Source of the DNA: Halarcobacter sp.
GTDB lineage: Bacteria; Campylobacterota; Campylobacteria; Campylobacterales; Arcobacteraceae
DNA length: 64,000 nt
Assembly: GCA_963676565.1 (NCBI GenBank)
Contig: OY781089.1
Location: forward strand, 1,760,001-1,824,000
Reading direction: 5' to 3'
The first letter of the stretch is position 1, and every line of letters starts with the position of its first letter. Under the pieces are notes generated by a model. It saw only the letters and a program-made list of their open reading frames with translations. It did not search any database and was not told the origin of the DNA. The position numbers were made by a program, and so were the translations under genes. Of the stretch, positions 49,621 through 59,243 are shown in pieces.

Positions 49621-50754
49621 ATGAGTGAATTAAAATTAAAAGATCTTTACGATGGATTTCGTGATCCTAAAACAGTAAAAGCTTTAAAATCTTTGGTTGA
49701 TAAAGAAGCTTCAAAAATTGATAAAACAATTAGGGTTATGGAAGTTTGTGGTGGACATACTCATACTATTATGAAATACGGTATTAACCAATTGATGCCA
49801 GAAAATGTAGAGTTTATTCATGGTCCAGGTTGTCCTGTATGTGTAATGCCTAAAGAAAGAATCGACCATGCATATATTTTATCTTTACAAGATGATGTAA
49901 TTCTTGTAACTTTAGGGGATATGATTAAAGTTCCTGGTTCAAAGGGAAGTTTACAAGATGCAAGAAGTAAAGGTGCTGATGTAAGATTTGTTTACTCACC
50001 ACTGGATACAATTAAAATAGCACAAGAAAACCCAAATAAGAAAATTATCTTTTTTGCAATAGGTTTTGAAACTACTACACCTATGACAGCTGCACTACTT
50101 GAACATGTTACAAAAAATAAAATTGAAAATGTATATTTTCATATAAATCATATAACAGTTCCAGAACCTATGAGAGCCTTACTTGATAGTGATGATTGTA
50201 AGATTGATGCTTTTATAGGTCCTTCTCATGTGAGTGTAATAACAGGTAGTAAAATCTACCAAGAGTTTATTGATATATATAATAAGCCAGTTGTTGTAAG
50301 TGGTTTTGAACCAGTTGATGTTATGCAATCAATTTTAAGTATTCTAAAGCAGTTTAGTGAAAATAGATGTGAATTAGAAACACAGTATTCAAGAGCTGTA
50401 TCTTATGATGGTAACTTAGCTGCACAAAAATTAATTGATAAGTATTTTGAAAAAGCTGAACATTTTAGATGGAGAGGATTAGGTGATATTGCTGATTCTG
50501 CACTAAAACTAAGAGATGAATATTCTTCAATTGATGCAGAGATTATATATAAAGATATTTTACCAACTCAAAAAATTGATGACCATAAACTTTGTATTTG
50601 TGGAAGTATTATGCGAGGAGTTGCAAAACCACATGAATGTAGTGTATTTGGAACAGCATGTAAACCAAGTTCTCCATTGGGTTCTTGTATGGTTAGTAGT
50701 GAAGGTGCTTGTAGTGCATACTACAAGTATGGGAACCTTCTACAAAAAAAGTAA
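49621..50754 (+). CDS. hypD: Hydrogenase maturation protein HypD
   Basis: MEVCGGHTH, GPGCPVC, GFETT, PSHVS, CMVSSEGAC; ATG at 49621 preferred. Confidence 0.97.
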   Translation: MSELKLKDLYDGFRDPKTVKALKSLVDKEASKIDKTIRVMEVCGGHTHTIMKYGINQLMPENVEFIHGPGCPVCVMPKERIDHAYILSLQDDVILVTLGDMIKVPGSKGSLQDARSKGADVRFVYSPLDTIKIAQENPNKKIIFFAIGFETTTPMTAALLEHVTKNKIENVYFHINHITVPEPMRALLDSDDCKIDAFIGPSHVSVITGSKIYQEFIDIYNKPVVVSGFEPVDVMQSILSILKQFSENRCELETQYSRAVSYDGNLAAQKLIDKYFEKAEHFRWRGLGDIADSALKLRDEYSSIDAEIIYKDILPTQKIDDHKLCICGSIMRGVAKPHECSVFGTACKPSSPLGSCMVSSEGACSAYYKYGNLLQKK

Positions 50755-50766
50755 AAAAGGATTGAT

Positions 50767-51762
50767 ATGAAAACAGTTACATTAGCCCATGGAAATGGTG
50801 GACAAGAAAATAATGAACTCATATCAAAGGTTTTTTATAAAGCTTTTAAAAATGATATTTTAGAAAAAAGTGAAGATGCTGCAGTTATCCAAAATGGTAC
50901 ATTGGCTTTTTCAACTGATTCTTTTACAGTTAGTCCAATAGAGTTCGCTGGTGCAGATATTGGAAAACTAGCAGTTTGTGGAACTTGTAATGACTTAGCT
51001 ATGATGGGGGCAAAACCAAAATATTTAACTTGTAGTGTTATTATTGAAGAGGGTTTCGAAGTTGAAACATTAAAAAGAATTGTAAATAGTATGAAAATAG
51101 AATTGGAAAAAAATGGCGCTCATGTTGTTTCTGGAGATACAAAAGTGGTACCACGAGGAAGTGTTGATAAAATTTTTATAAATACAACTGGAATTGGTGA
51201 AATTAAACAAAAAGGTATCTCTTCAAATAATATTTTAGAAGATGATGTGATTATTGTTTCAAATTCAGTTGGAAAACATGGTGCAACAATATTTGCAGCA
51301 AGAGAAGGTATTGATTTCTCATCTTCATTGGAATCGGATTGTGCTTCTCTTTGGCCAGTTGTAGAAAAACTTATTGAAAGTGGTATAAAAATTAGAGCCT
51401 TAAGAGATGCAACAAGAGGTGGTGTTAGTGCTGTACTTAATGAGTGGGCAAAGCAATCAAATATCTGTGTTGAAATTGATGAAGAAAAGATTCCCGTAAC
51501 TGATGAGGTTAATGGAGTTTGTGAAATGCTTGGCTTTGAAGCATTAAGTTTAGCAAATGAGGGTACCTTTGTCATGGCTATTTCAAAAGACCAAGTTGAA
51601 AAAGCAATGGATATTTTAAAATCGATTGATACTTCAAAAGAAGCAACTATTCTTGGAACAGTAAGTTCTAAACATCTAGGAAAAGTTGTGTTAAACTCTC
51701 CTTGGGGTACAGCTAGATTTATTGATTTGCCAACTGGTGAATTGTTACCAAGGATTTGTTAA
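50767..51762 (+). CDS. hypE: Carbamoyl dehydratase HypE
   Basis: AHGNGG, STDSF, GDTKVV, RDATRGG, ANEG, C-terminal PRIC. Confidence 0.97.
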   Translation: MKTVTLAHGNGGQENNELISKVFYKAFKNDILEKSEDAAVIQNGTLAFSTDSFTVSPIEFAGADIGKLAVCGTCNDLAMMGAKPKYLTCSVIIEEGFEVETLKRIVNSMKIELEKNGAHVVSGDTKVVPRGSVDKIFINTTGIGEIKQKGISSNNILEDDVIIVSNSVGKHGATIFAAREGIDFSSSLESDCASLWPVVEKLIESGIKIRALRDATRGGVSAVLNEWAKQSNICVEIDEEKIPVTDEVNGVCEMLGFEALSLANEGTFVMAISKDQVEKAMDILKSIDTSKEATILGTVSSKHLGKVVLNSPWGTARFIDLPTGELLPRIC

Positions 51763-52103
51763 TGCATGAGTACTCAATAGTTCAATCTTTATTAGAAACA
51801 TGTGAAGAACATGCAAGACAAAATGACTCAAAACAAGTGACAAAAGTAATTGTTAAAATTGGAGTTTTATCTGGAGTAGAACCAGATTTACTTCAAACTG
51901 CCTTTGATACTTTTAAAGAAAAGACTGTTTGTGATGGTGCAGAATTTATTATTAATCATCAAAAAGTAGTCATTTCCTGTACTAATTGCCAAGAAGAATC
52001 TACATTAGAAAAACATGAATTTTCTTGTCCTAAATGTGAATCTACTCAAGTGAAAGTTATTGATGGTGAAGATATGTATTTAATGTCCCTTGAAATGGAA
52101 TAG
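51762..52103 (+). CDS. hypA: Nickel metallochaperone HypA
   Basis: MHE at 51762; CTNC..CPKC. Confidence 0.96.
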   Translation: MHEYSIVQSLLETCEEHARQNDSKQVTKVIVKIGVLSGVEPDLLQTAFDTFKEKTVCDGAEFIINHQKVVISCTNCQEESTLEKHEFSCPKCESTQVKVIDGEDMYLMSLEME

Positions 52104-52240
52104 CCTATAAGCCCCCAAAATATGGGATTTAGTAAAAGTATAAATAACAAATTCCTCTAAAATGTAGTATATTTTAATATCATTTGTAGTATATTTTTTA
52201 CCGATTTAAATTTTTTAAAGCTTTAATATCAGGATAGTAT

Positions 52241-53785
52241 ATGACTCAAGAAGAATTAGCTTCATTACAAAAAAAGATTGATGAATCATTAGATACAAAA
52301 GATATTAATGAAATAAACAAAATCATTTCAGAAATTGAAAATAATATTGATTCAATAGATGATTTACATATGAAAACCAATTTATATTATTTGTTAGGAA
52401 ATTGCTATCGTGAGTTACACGATATTAAAAATGATGAAGATAATTCTACTATCTGGCATTATGAACAAAAGAATTTATTTAAAAGTATTTATTTTTATAG
52501 AAAATCAATAAGTGAAGAAAAATTTGAAGACTTTCAACTGCAATTGAAAGTGGGTCTTTTAACAAATCTTGCAAATTCCTTTAGTCATTATGGGAGACCT
52601 ATTGAAGCATTAAGATATTATAATCTTGCATTACTTGAAGATAAAAAAGAAAAAGTTTTAAAGAATAATAGCTATTTATATCCAAACTATTTTATGCTAT
52701 TGGCTAATAAAGGATGGTGTTTTCAAAACTATTCTAAGATAATATACGATAATTCTCATTCCCATTTACTTAACAAAGAGGCATATAGTTTTTTTCAAAA
52801 AGCAATTAAAAAGGTAGCTTTTTTTATTGAAAATACTAATTATGAATTTAGTTATGACTATTATAAGGAATTTAAAAATATTTTAGAAAGTAATTGTACT
52901 AGTTTAGAAAAATTTTATGGATTAGATTTTTTAAATAAAGATGAAAACTATAATGAGTACGAACTTTCAGAAAATGAAAATGAATCAAAATATCAAAAAT
53001 GGTGTTTACTTAATCAATTATATTTAAATCCAATGAATGATTTAGGAAATATAAATATTGCTGCACACGATATATTAGGATTACCAAATTTAAAAACTCC
53101 AATAAAAAATGGTTTTCCAATTTATATAACTTATTTCAATCAAATAAAACAAGAATTTATATTTAATAGAAGTCTTTTATTTGAAGGATTAAACAAGTTA
53201 ACTGAAAATTTTTATGATAATGATAAGAATATAATTGATGATTTTGATTATAACTTGTTTAATATGGATATTGAAAAAATTAAAATTGTATTTAGAGGCT
53301 TTTATGGTTTATTTGACAAAATTGCATATTTATTAAATGAATATTTGGAGTTAGGTTGGGATGATAGAAATATTGATTTTAATAAAATTTGGAAAAACCC
53401 AAATAACAAAAAACAATTAAGTTTAAAGCTTTTAAGTTTAGAGAATTATGCAATTAGAGGATTATATTTAATTAATAAAGATATATCATTTAATACTGAT
53501 GAAGAATTTGAGCAATCATTAGAACCTTATTCTAAAGATATGGCAAAAATAAGAAATCATTTGGAACATAAATTTTTAATGGTGAAGATTCTTAAACCTA
53601 TTAGAGATAATGATAGGGAGAGAAAATATTATCAAATCATAGAAGATGAATTAATTGAAAAAACAATAAGACTTGCTCAACTTGCAAGAGAAGCAATAAT
53701 TTATACTTCATTAGCAATTTACATTGAAGAAGAAAAAAAATATAAAGATGAATTAGTAATAGAACGGAAGTTAAATATTTATTAA
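52241..53785 (+). CDS. TPR-like plus HEPN domain protein (LA2681-family-like), candidate defence RNase
   Basis: Helical TPR-like N-terminus; LYLNPMND, FNQIKQEF, LFDKIAY.LN.Y, and RxxxxH motif RNHLEH. Confidence 0.78.
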   Translation: MTQEELASLQKKIDESLDTKDINEINKIISEIENNIDSIDDLHMKTNLYYLLGNCYRELHDIKNDEDNSTIWHYEQKNLFKSIYFYRKSISEEKFEDFQLQLKVGLLTNLANSFSHYGRPIEALRYYNLALLEDKKEKVLKNNSYLYPNYFMLLANKGWCFQNYSKIIYDNSHSHLLNKEAYSFFQKAIKKVAFFIENTNYEFSYDYYKEFKNILESNCTSLEKFYGLDFLNKDENYNEYELSENENESKYQKWCLLNQLYLNPMNDLGNINIAAHDILGLPNLKTPIKNGFPIYITYFNQIKQEFIFNRSLLFEGLNKLTENFYDNDKNIIDDFDYNLFNMDIEKIKIVFRGFYGLFDKIAYLLNEYLELGWDDRNIDFNKIWKNPNNKKQLSLKLLSLENYAIRGLYLINKDISFNTDEEFEQSLEPYSKDMAKIRNHLEHKFLMVKILKPIRDNDRERKYYQIIEDELIEKTIRLAQLAREAIIYTSLAIYIEEEKKYKDELVIERKLNIY

Positions 53786-53906
53786 TAATAACTAAAAAAA
53801 GTGAATAGTAGTATATGTTTTTTATGAATGTCGTATAAATTAGTAGTTTTTCTTATAATTTTGAATATTTAAAGAAACAAATCCCTTAACAAAAGGAATT
53901 AAAGAT

Positions 53907-53954
53907 ATGTTTACATCAGTTGATATGTTTCTTATGAGCTTGGAGATGGAATAA
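53907..53954 (+). pseudogene. Duplicated hypA 3'-terminal fragment
   Basis: Encodes MFTSVDMFLMSLEME*, versus the hypA end DGEDMYLMSLEME*. Confidence 0.75.
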
Positions 53955-54046
53955 CTTAAGAAAGAAAATTAAAAAATACAATTAATATATAACTATCATG
54001 TTATTTTGTTATAATAATTGCCAAAGTGCCTAATAAAGGGTTCTCT

Positions 54047-55951
54047 ATGAGCAAAATAACATTAAAAAAACTTATATATAAAAATTATTTAAAAACAGCA
54101 TTAACTTCAATCTTATTTATTGAAATTATGCTTGTTTTTTTATATTTTAGTTCAAATAAAAGGGTTGTTAATTCAACTGTTGATTTTGCATTAAACGACT
54201 TGAAATTAAGTGTTTTAGATAGAGTTAATTCCACAACCTCTATTATTAATGAAAAATTTAACAACCTTGAAAATCAAGCAGCTCTTTTACAAAATGAACA
54301 TCAAAACTTCTTTTTATATAAAGATAATATAACTATAAATAATAAACCAAAGTTTGGTTTTGCATCTAATGGAATGTATTATAAAACTGAAAATAATGGA
54401 GGTTCATCAGTTGTAGTCTCAAAAAATACAACAATTGATAAAAACTTAAAAGATAAACTTACAAAAACAGAGATTTTTGATAAAAACTTTAAATCTATAG
54501 TTAGTAACAATAAAATAGTAGAAGCTGTATACTTTAATTCATATGATGATATTTGTAGATATTATCCATTTTTAGAAGATAGTTTTAATGTTTTCCCCTC
54601 TGATATAAAAATGGAAAACTATAATTTTTATTATGAAGCTGATAAAAAACATAATCCTAAAAAAGAACCAGTATGGACTGATGTTTATTTAGATCCTGCA
54701 GGTAAAGGTTGGATGATTAGTTTAATTGCACCTATTTATAAAAATGACTTTTTAGAAGGTGTAACTGGAATTGATGTAACACTATCTACAATTATTGATA
54801 CTCTTTTGAGTCTTAAACTTCCTTTTGATGGCTCATCAATGATATTGAATAAAGATGGAGATATTGTTGTAATGGGTGAAAAAATGGAAGGTTTTTTGAA
54901 AATAAAAGAAAACTACACATATGATTACAAAAATAAAAAAATTGAAAAAACAGTCTTAAAAAATGACAAAAGCAACATACTTAATTATAAAGATAAAAAT
55001 TTTGTGGAAGTATTAAAAAATGTAATTGGGAATAAATCATATCCCTATGAAATTACTTTAAATGAAAAAAAATATATGTTATTTATTAAAAAAATTGAGA
55101 TTACCGATTGGTTTTTAATTTCACTTATTCCAGAAGAAAATATTATATCCGAGGTAAAAAAACTAGAAGAGCAAAATCTATATTTAGGATATTTTATTAT
55201 TGGTTTTATTATAGTCTTTTATATTTTGTTCTTTATATATTTATATAAAAAAGCAAAAAACTTTGTAGAAACAATAAATAATCCTCTTTTAAAAATAGTA
55301 TATTTTACAAAATTCCTTGGAAGTAAAAAAAATATAAAGCAATTAGAACATTGCGGAATAGAAGAGATTGATTCTTTAAATGACAACTTTAATAATCTTG
55401 CCCAAGAATTAGATAAAAGAACAAAAAGACTTATTCAATCTGAAAGTAAAAGAAAAGAGAATGAAAAACTTGCAAATACGGATCAACTAACAAAGGTTTA
55501 TAATAGAAGATTTTTAGAAGATTTTTCAAATCGTTATATGAAAATTGTAAAAAGAGAACATAATACTTTATCTTTATTACTTATTGATATAGATGATTTT
55601 AAAACTGTAAATGATACTTATGGTCATGATGTTGGTGATAGGGTAATCAAACTTTTAGTTAAAAGACTTAAAACAAGTATACGAGATAATGATATTATTG
55701 TTAGACTTGGTGGTGATGAATTTTTAGTTTTACTTCCAAGTACACCCCTTGAAAATGCCAAAAAAGTTGGTAAAAAAATTTTAGATGTAGTAAATTCTTT
55801 AAATGAATTTGAAAATGAAGAACTTAAATTTACTATAACAATAGGTTCATCAGAGTATAAAAAAAGTGATTTACATATCAATGAAATGATCAATAGAGCT
55901 GATAATGCTTTGTATAAAGCAAAAAAACTTGGGAAAAATCAGGTTATATAG
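54047..55951 (+). CDS. Cache-domain sensor diguanylate cyclase
   Basis: Two TMs around a Cache-like domain (WTDVYLDPAGKGWMIS..P, GVTGIDV); RDND and GGDEF. ATG at 54047 preferred. Confidence 0.9.
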   Translation: MSKITLKKLIYKNYLKTALTSILFIEIMLVFLYFSSNKRVVNSTVDFALNDLKLSVLDRVNSTTSIINEKFNNLENQAALLQNEHQNFFLYKDNITINNKPKFGFASNGMYYKTENNGGSSVVVSKNTTIDKNLKDKLTKTEIFDKNFKSIVSNNKIVEAVYFNSYDDICRYYPFLEDSFNVFPSDIKMENYNFYYEADKKHNPKKEPVWTDVYLDPAGKGWMISLIAPIYKNDFLEGVTGIDVTLSTIIDTLLSLKLPFDGSSMILNKDGDIVVMGEKMEGFLKIKENYTYDYKNKKIEKTVLKNDKSNILNYKDKNFVEVLKNVIGNKSYPYEITLNEKKYMLFIKKIEITDWFLISLIPEENIISEVKKLEEQNLYLGYFIIGFIIVFYILFFIYLYKKAKNFVETINNPLLKIVYFTKFLGSKKNIKQLEHCGIEEIDSLNDNFNNLAQELDKRTKRLIQSESKRKENEKLANTDQLTKVYNRRFLEDFSNRYMKIVKREHNTLSLLLIDIDDFKTVNDTYGHDVGDRVIKLLVKRLKTSIRDNDIIVRLGGDEFLVLLPSTPLENAKKVGKKILDVVNSLNEFENEELKFTITIGSSEYKKSDLHINEMINRADNALYKAKKLGKNQVI

Positions 55952-56048
55952 AACTATTTTTTTACAACTTTTTTATAATTTATACACAATTTATCAAAAT
56001 TTTTTGTTTTTATATGCTAATATTTAATATATTTTTTAAGGAGTGTGA

Positions 56049-57164
56049 ATGAAAAAATTAATTAGTTTAGCTGTTGCTTCTGCATTAACTTGTGGAATTG
56101 CATTAGCAAAAGAGGTTAAAGTTGGTGCTGTAATGCCTATGTCTGGACCACTTGCAGCTTATGGACAAGTTACATATTTAGGTTTGGAATTAGCGAATAA
56201 ATTACAACCAACATTAGCTAATGGTGATACAGTGAAAATTGTATTAGTAGATAATAAAGGTGATAAGGTTGAAACTGCAACTGCAACAACAAGACTTATC
56301 TCTTCTGATAAAGTTACTGCTATTTTAGGAGCTTTAACATCAACAAATACTGCTCAAACAATTGCAATTGCTGACAAGAAAAAAGTACCTGTTATTGCTT
56401 CTGTTGCAACTAATGATAAATTAACTGCAAAAAGAGAATATGCAAATAGAGTTTGTTTTACTGACTCTTTCCAAGGTGAAGTTGTTGCAAATTATGCAAA
56501 AGATCAAGGTTACAAAACTGCAGTTGTTATTGTTGACCAAGCACAAGTATATTCTTTAGGTCTTGCAAAAGCTTTCCAAAAAGCATTCAAGAAAAATGGT
56601 GGGAAACTACTTAAAAAGATTATGGTAACTTCAGGAGATAAAGATTTTAAAGCTGTTGTTTCTCAAGTTAAATCATTAAATCCTGATTTTATGTTCTTAC
56701 CTTTATATCACCCAGAAGCATCAATGATTGCTAGACAATCTAAACAATTAGGTCTTTCTAAACCAATGTTTAGTGGTGATGGTGTTGCAAACCAAACATT
56801 TATTGATTTAGGTGGAGATTCTGTTGAAGGGTATATGTTTACAGACTTCTTTGATTATTCAAATCCTCCATCAAAAAAATCAGCTGATTTCGTTGCTTTC
56901 CATGAAAAAGAGACTGGTAAAAAAGAGATGAATTCATTTACTGCATTAGGAGCAGATACTTATAATGTATTAATTGCTGCAATGAACAGATGTGAAGATC
57001 CAACTGACTCAGTATGCGTAAACAAAGAGATTAAAAATACAACAAACTTTGATGGTGTATCTGGTTCAATTACTATAGATAAAGATGGTAATGCAACTAG
57101 ATCGGCAGTTATCAAAGAGATTAAAGAAGGAAAAGCAGGCTTCAAAGCTACTGTTAATCCATAA
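56049..57164 (+). CDS. livJ: Branched-chain amino acid ABC transporter substrate-binding protein (LivJ/LivK)
   Basis: Signal peptide; VGAVMPMSGPLAAYGQ; RVCFTDSFQG; operon context. Confidence 0.88.
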   Translation: MKKLISLAVASALTCGIALAKEVKVGAVMPMSGPLAAYGQVTYLGLELANKLQPTLANGDTVKIVLVDNKGDKVETATATTRLISSDKVTAILGALTSTNTAQTIAIADKKKVPVIASVATNDKLTAKREYANRVCFTDSFQGEVVANYAKDQGYKTAVVIVDQAQVYSLGLAKAFQKAFKKNGGKLLKKIMVTSGDKDFKAVVSQVKSLNPDFMFLPLYHPEASMIARQSKQLGLSKPMFSGDGVANQTFIDLGGDSVEGYMFTDFFDYSNPPSKKSADFVAFHEKETGKKEMNSFTALGADTYNVLIAAMNRCEDPTDSVCVNKEIKNTTNFDGVSGSITIDKDGNATRSAVIKEIKEGKAGFKATVNP

Positions 57165-57183
57165 TTAGTTTTTTATTGTTTAT

Positions 57184-57218
57184 AAAGTCTAGCAAGCTTT
57201 TTGCTAGACTTTTTTTTT
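57184..57218 (+). terminator. Terminator or mRNA-stabilising hairpin after livJ
   Basis: AAAGTCTAGCAA-GCTTT-TTGCTAGACTTT plus T-run; a second hairpin follows at about 57223-57269. Confidence 0.75.
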
Positions 57219-57297
57219 ATCTTTTTATCATAAGAAAAGTAAAAGACTATTTCTTTTCTTATGGTAAAAGTTTTTTAATTAAATTTTTGGAGACTTA

Positions 57298-58194
57298 ATG
57301 GATATTTTAACGTTTATGCAACAAATGGTAAATGGGTTCTCTTTAGGATCTATGTATGCCTTGATTGCAATAGGTTATACAATGGTATACGGTGTATTAA
57401 GGTTAATAAACTTTGCACATGGTGATATTATGATGGTTGGTGCCTTTTTAGGTTATTTATTTATGGCTGTATTTGAATTGCCATTTGCATTTTCAATTCT
57501 TTTAGCTGTTGGTATTTCAGCTGCTTTAGGTATGTTAATGGACAAAATTGCCTATAAACCTTTAAGGGAAGCTCCAAAAATTTCATTACTTATTACAGCA
57601 ATTGGTATCTCATTTTTTTTAGAAAATGCTTTTACTGTTTTTGCAGGTGGTGTTCCAAGAGCATTTCCAGTTCCTGCTTATATGGAAAATATCTTTAATG
57701 TTGCTGGTATTACTTTTTCAGTTTCATCTGTTGCAGTTCCTGTTGTAACACTTATTTTATTATCTGCAATTTTATATGTTTTATATAAAACAAAATATGG
57801 TATGGCAATTCGTGCACTTTCATTTGATATTAAAACTGTAAACTTAATGGGTGTTGATGCTAATATGATTATTGCAATTGTTTTTGCACTAGGATCAGCA
57901 CTTGCTGCAGTTGGAGGTTTATTTTGGGCTATTAATTATCCTTCTGTTGAACCTATGATGGGAGTTTTAGTTGGACTTAAAGCTTTCGCTGCTGCTGTTG
58001 TTGGTGGAATTGGTTCAGTAACGGGTGCAGTTTTAGGTGGATTTATTATTGGCTTTACTGAAGTTGTAGTTATTGCATTTTTCCCAGAACTTGGTGGATA
58101 TAAGGATGCCTTTGCCTTTGTCTTTTTAATTCTAGTATTATTATTTAAACCAACTGGAATTATGGGTGAAGATTTAGAAAAGAGTAGGTTTTAA
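57298..58194 (+). CDS. livH: BCAA ABC permease LivH
   Basis: GSMYALIAIGYTMVYGVLRLINFAHGD; KAFAAAVVGGIGS. Confidence 0.95.
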   Translation: MDILTFMQQMVNGFSLGSMYALIAIGYTMVYGVLRLINFAHGDIMMVGAFLGYLFMAVFELPFAFSILLAVGISAALGMLMDKIAYKPLREAPKISLLITAIGISFFLENAFTVFAGGVPRAFPVPAYMENIFNVAGITFSVSSVAVPVVTLILLSAILYVLYKTKYGMAIRALSFDIKTVNLMGVDANMIIAIVFALGSALAAVGGLFWAINYPSVEPMMGVLVGLKAFAAAVVGGIGSVTGAVLGGFIIGFTEVVVIAFFPELGGYKDAFAFVFLILVLLFKPTGIMGEDLEKSRF

Positions 58195-58196
58195 TT

Positions 58197-59243
58197 ATGA
58201 TAGAAGATAAAATATTTACAAAACAAAGATTAATTAATCTTGCAATTATAATTACTGCAATTTGGTTTACATGGTTTGCTCAAAACTTTTTTGATGAATA
58301 TACAGTTAGAATTATCAACAATGTTGCGATTTTTATAATTTTAGCAGTTTCATATAACCTAATTAATGGGGTTACTGGACAGTTTTCACTAGAACCAAAT
58401 GGTTTTGTAGCAATTGGTGCTTATGTAGTTGCAATTTTAACAGTTGATGCAGAAGGGATGCTTTATCAATATGATATTGAAGACCCATCAGAATGGATTC
58501 TTGCTATGCAAGCAGAGTTTATTTGGGCCTTATTACTTGCTGGTATTATCTCTGCACTTTTAGCACTATCTTTATCTTTCCCTGTATTTAGAGTAAGGGG
58601 AGATTATCTTGCTATTGTTACACTTGGATTTGGTTTTATTATTAGAATTTTAGCTATTAATAACCCACACATTACAAATGGTTCACTTGGAATTAATGAT
58701 ATCCCTGAATTTTCAAATCTATATTGGACTGGTGGAGCTGCTATTATAACAGTAATGGCCATATTAAATATTATATATTCAAAATATGGACGTGCTATGA
58801 AAGCGGTTAGGGATGATGAAGATGCAGCTACAGCTATGGGTGTTAATACTTTTAAGATAAAAACTTTAGCTTTTACAACTTCAGCATTCTTTGAAGGTAT
58901 TGGTGGTGGTTTATTAGCTGCATTATTAACATCAATTTCACCTGATTTATTTACATTCTTCTTAACATTCCAATTATTAATTATAATTGTTTTAGGTGGT
59001 CTTGGAAGTACAACTGGAGCAATTTTAGGAACTATTTTTGTGATGGCTGGTTTAGAATGGATGAGATTCTTAGATGAACCAATGAATCTATTTGGTTATG
59101 AAACAGAAGGACTTCCTGGAATGAGAATGGTTGTATTCTCTCTTATTTTAATTATTGTAATGCTTTTTGCAAGAGAAGGACTGATGGGTAAAAAAGAACT
59201 TTTCGAATTGAAGTTCTTTAAAAAGAAAAAGGATGTTAAATGA
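58197..59243 (+). CDS. livM: BCAA ABC permease LivM
   Basis: GVTGQFSL, RVRGDYLAIVTLGF, AVRDDEDAA, VLGGLGS. Confidence 0.94.
   Translation: MIEDKIFTKQRLINLAIIITAIWFTWFAQNFFDEYTVRIINNVAIFIILAVSYNLINGVTGQFSLEPNGFVAIGAYVVAILTVDAEGMLYQYDIEDPSEWILAMQAEFIWALLLAGIISALLALSLSFPVFRVRGDYLAIVTLGFGFIIRILAINNPHITNGSLGINDIPEFSNLYWTGGAAIITVMAILNIIYSKYGRAMKAVRDDEDAATAMGVNTFKIKTLAFTTSAFFEGIGGGLLAALLTSISPDLFTFFLTFQLLIIIVLGGLGSTTGAILGTIFVMAGLEWMRFLDEPMNLFGYETEGLPGMRMVVFSLILIIVMLFAREGLMGKKELFELKFFKKKKDVK

Larger units (their letters stand above)
52071..53954. mobile_element. Putative remnant integrative element at the hypA 3' end
   Basis: hypA C-terminal coding sequence duplicated (52071-52103 vs 53922-53954); GTAGTATAT repeats near both ends; HEPN cargo; no integrase. 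Confidence 0.6.
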
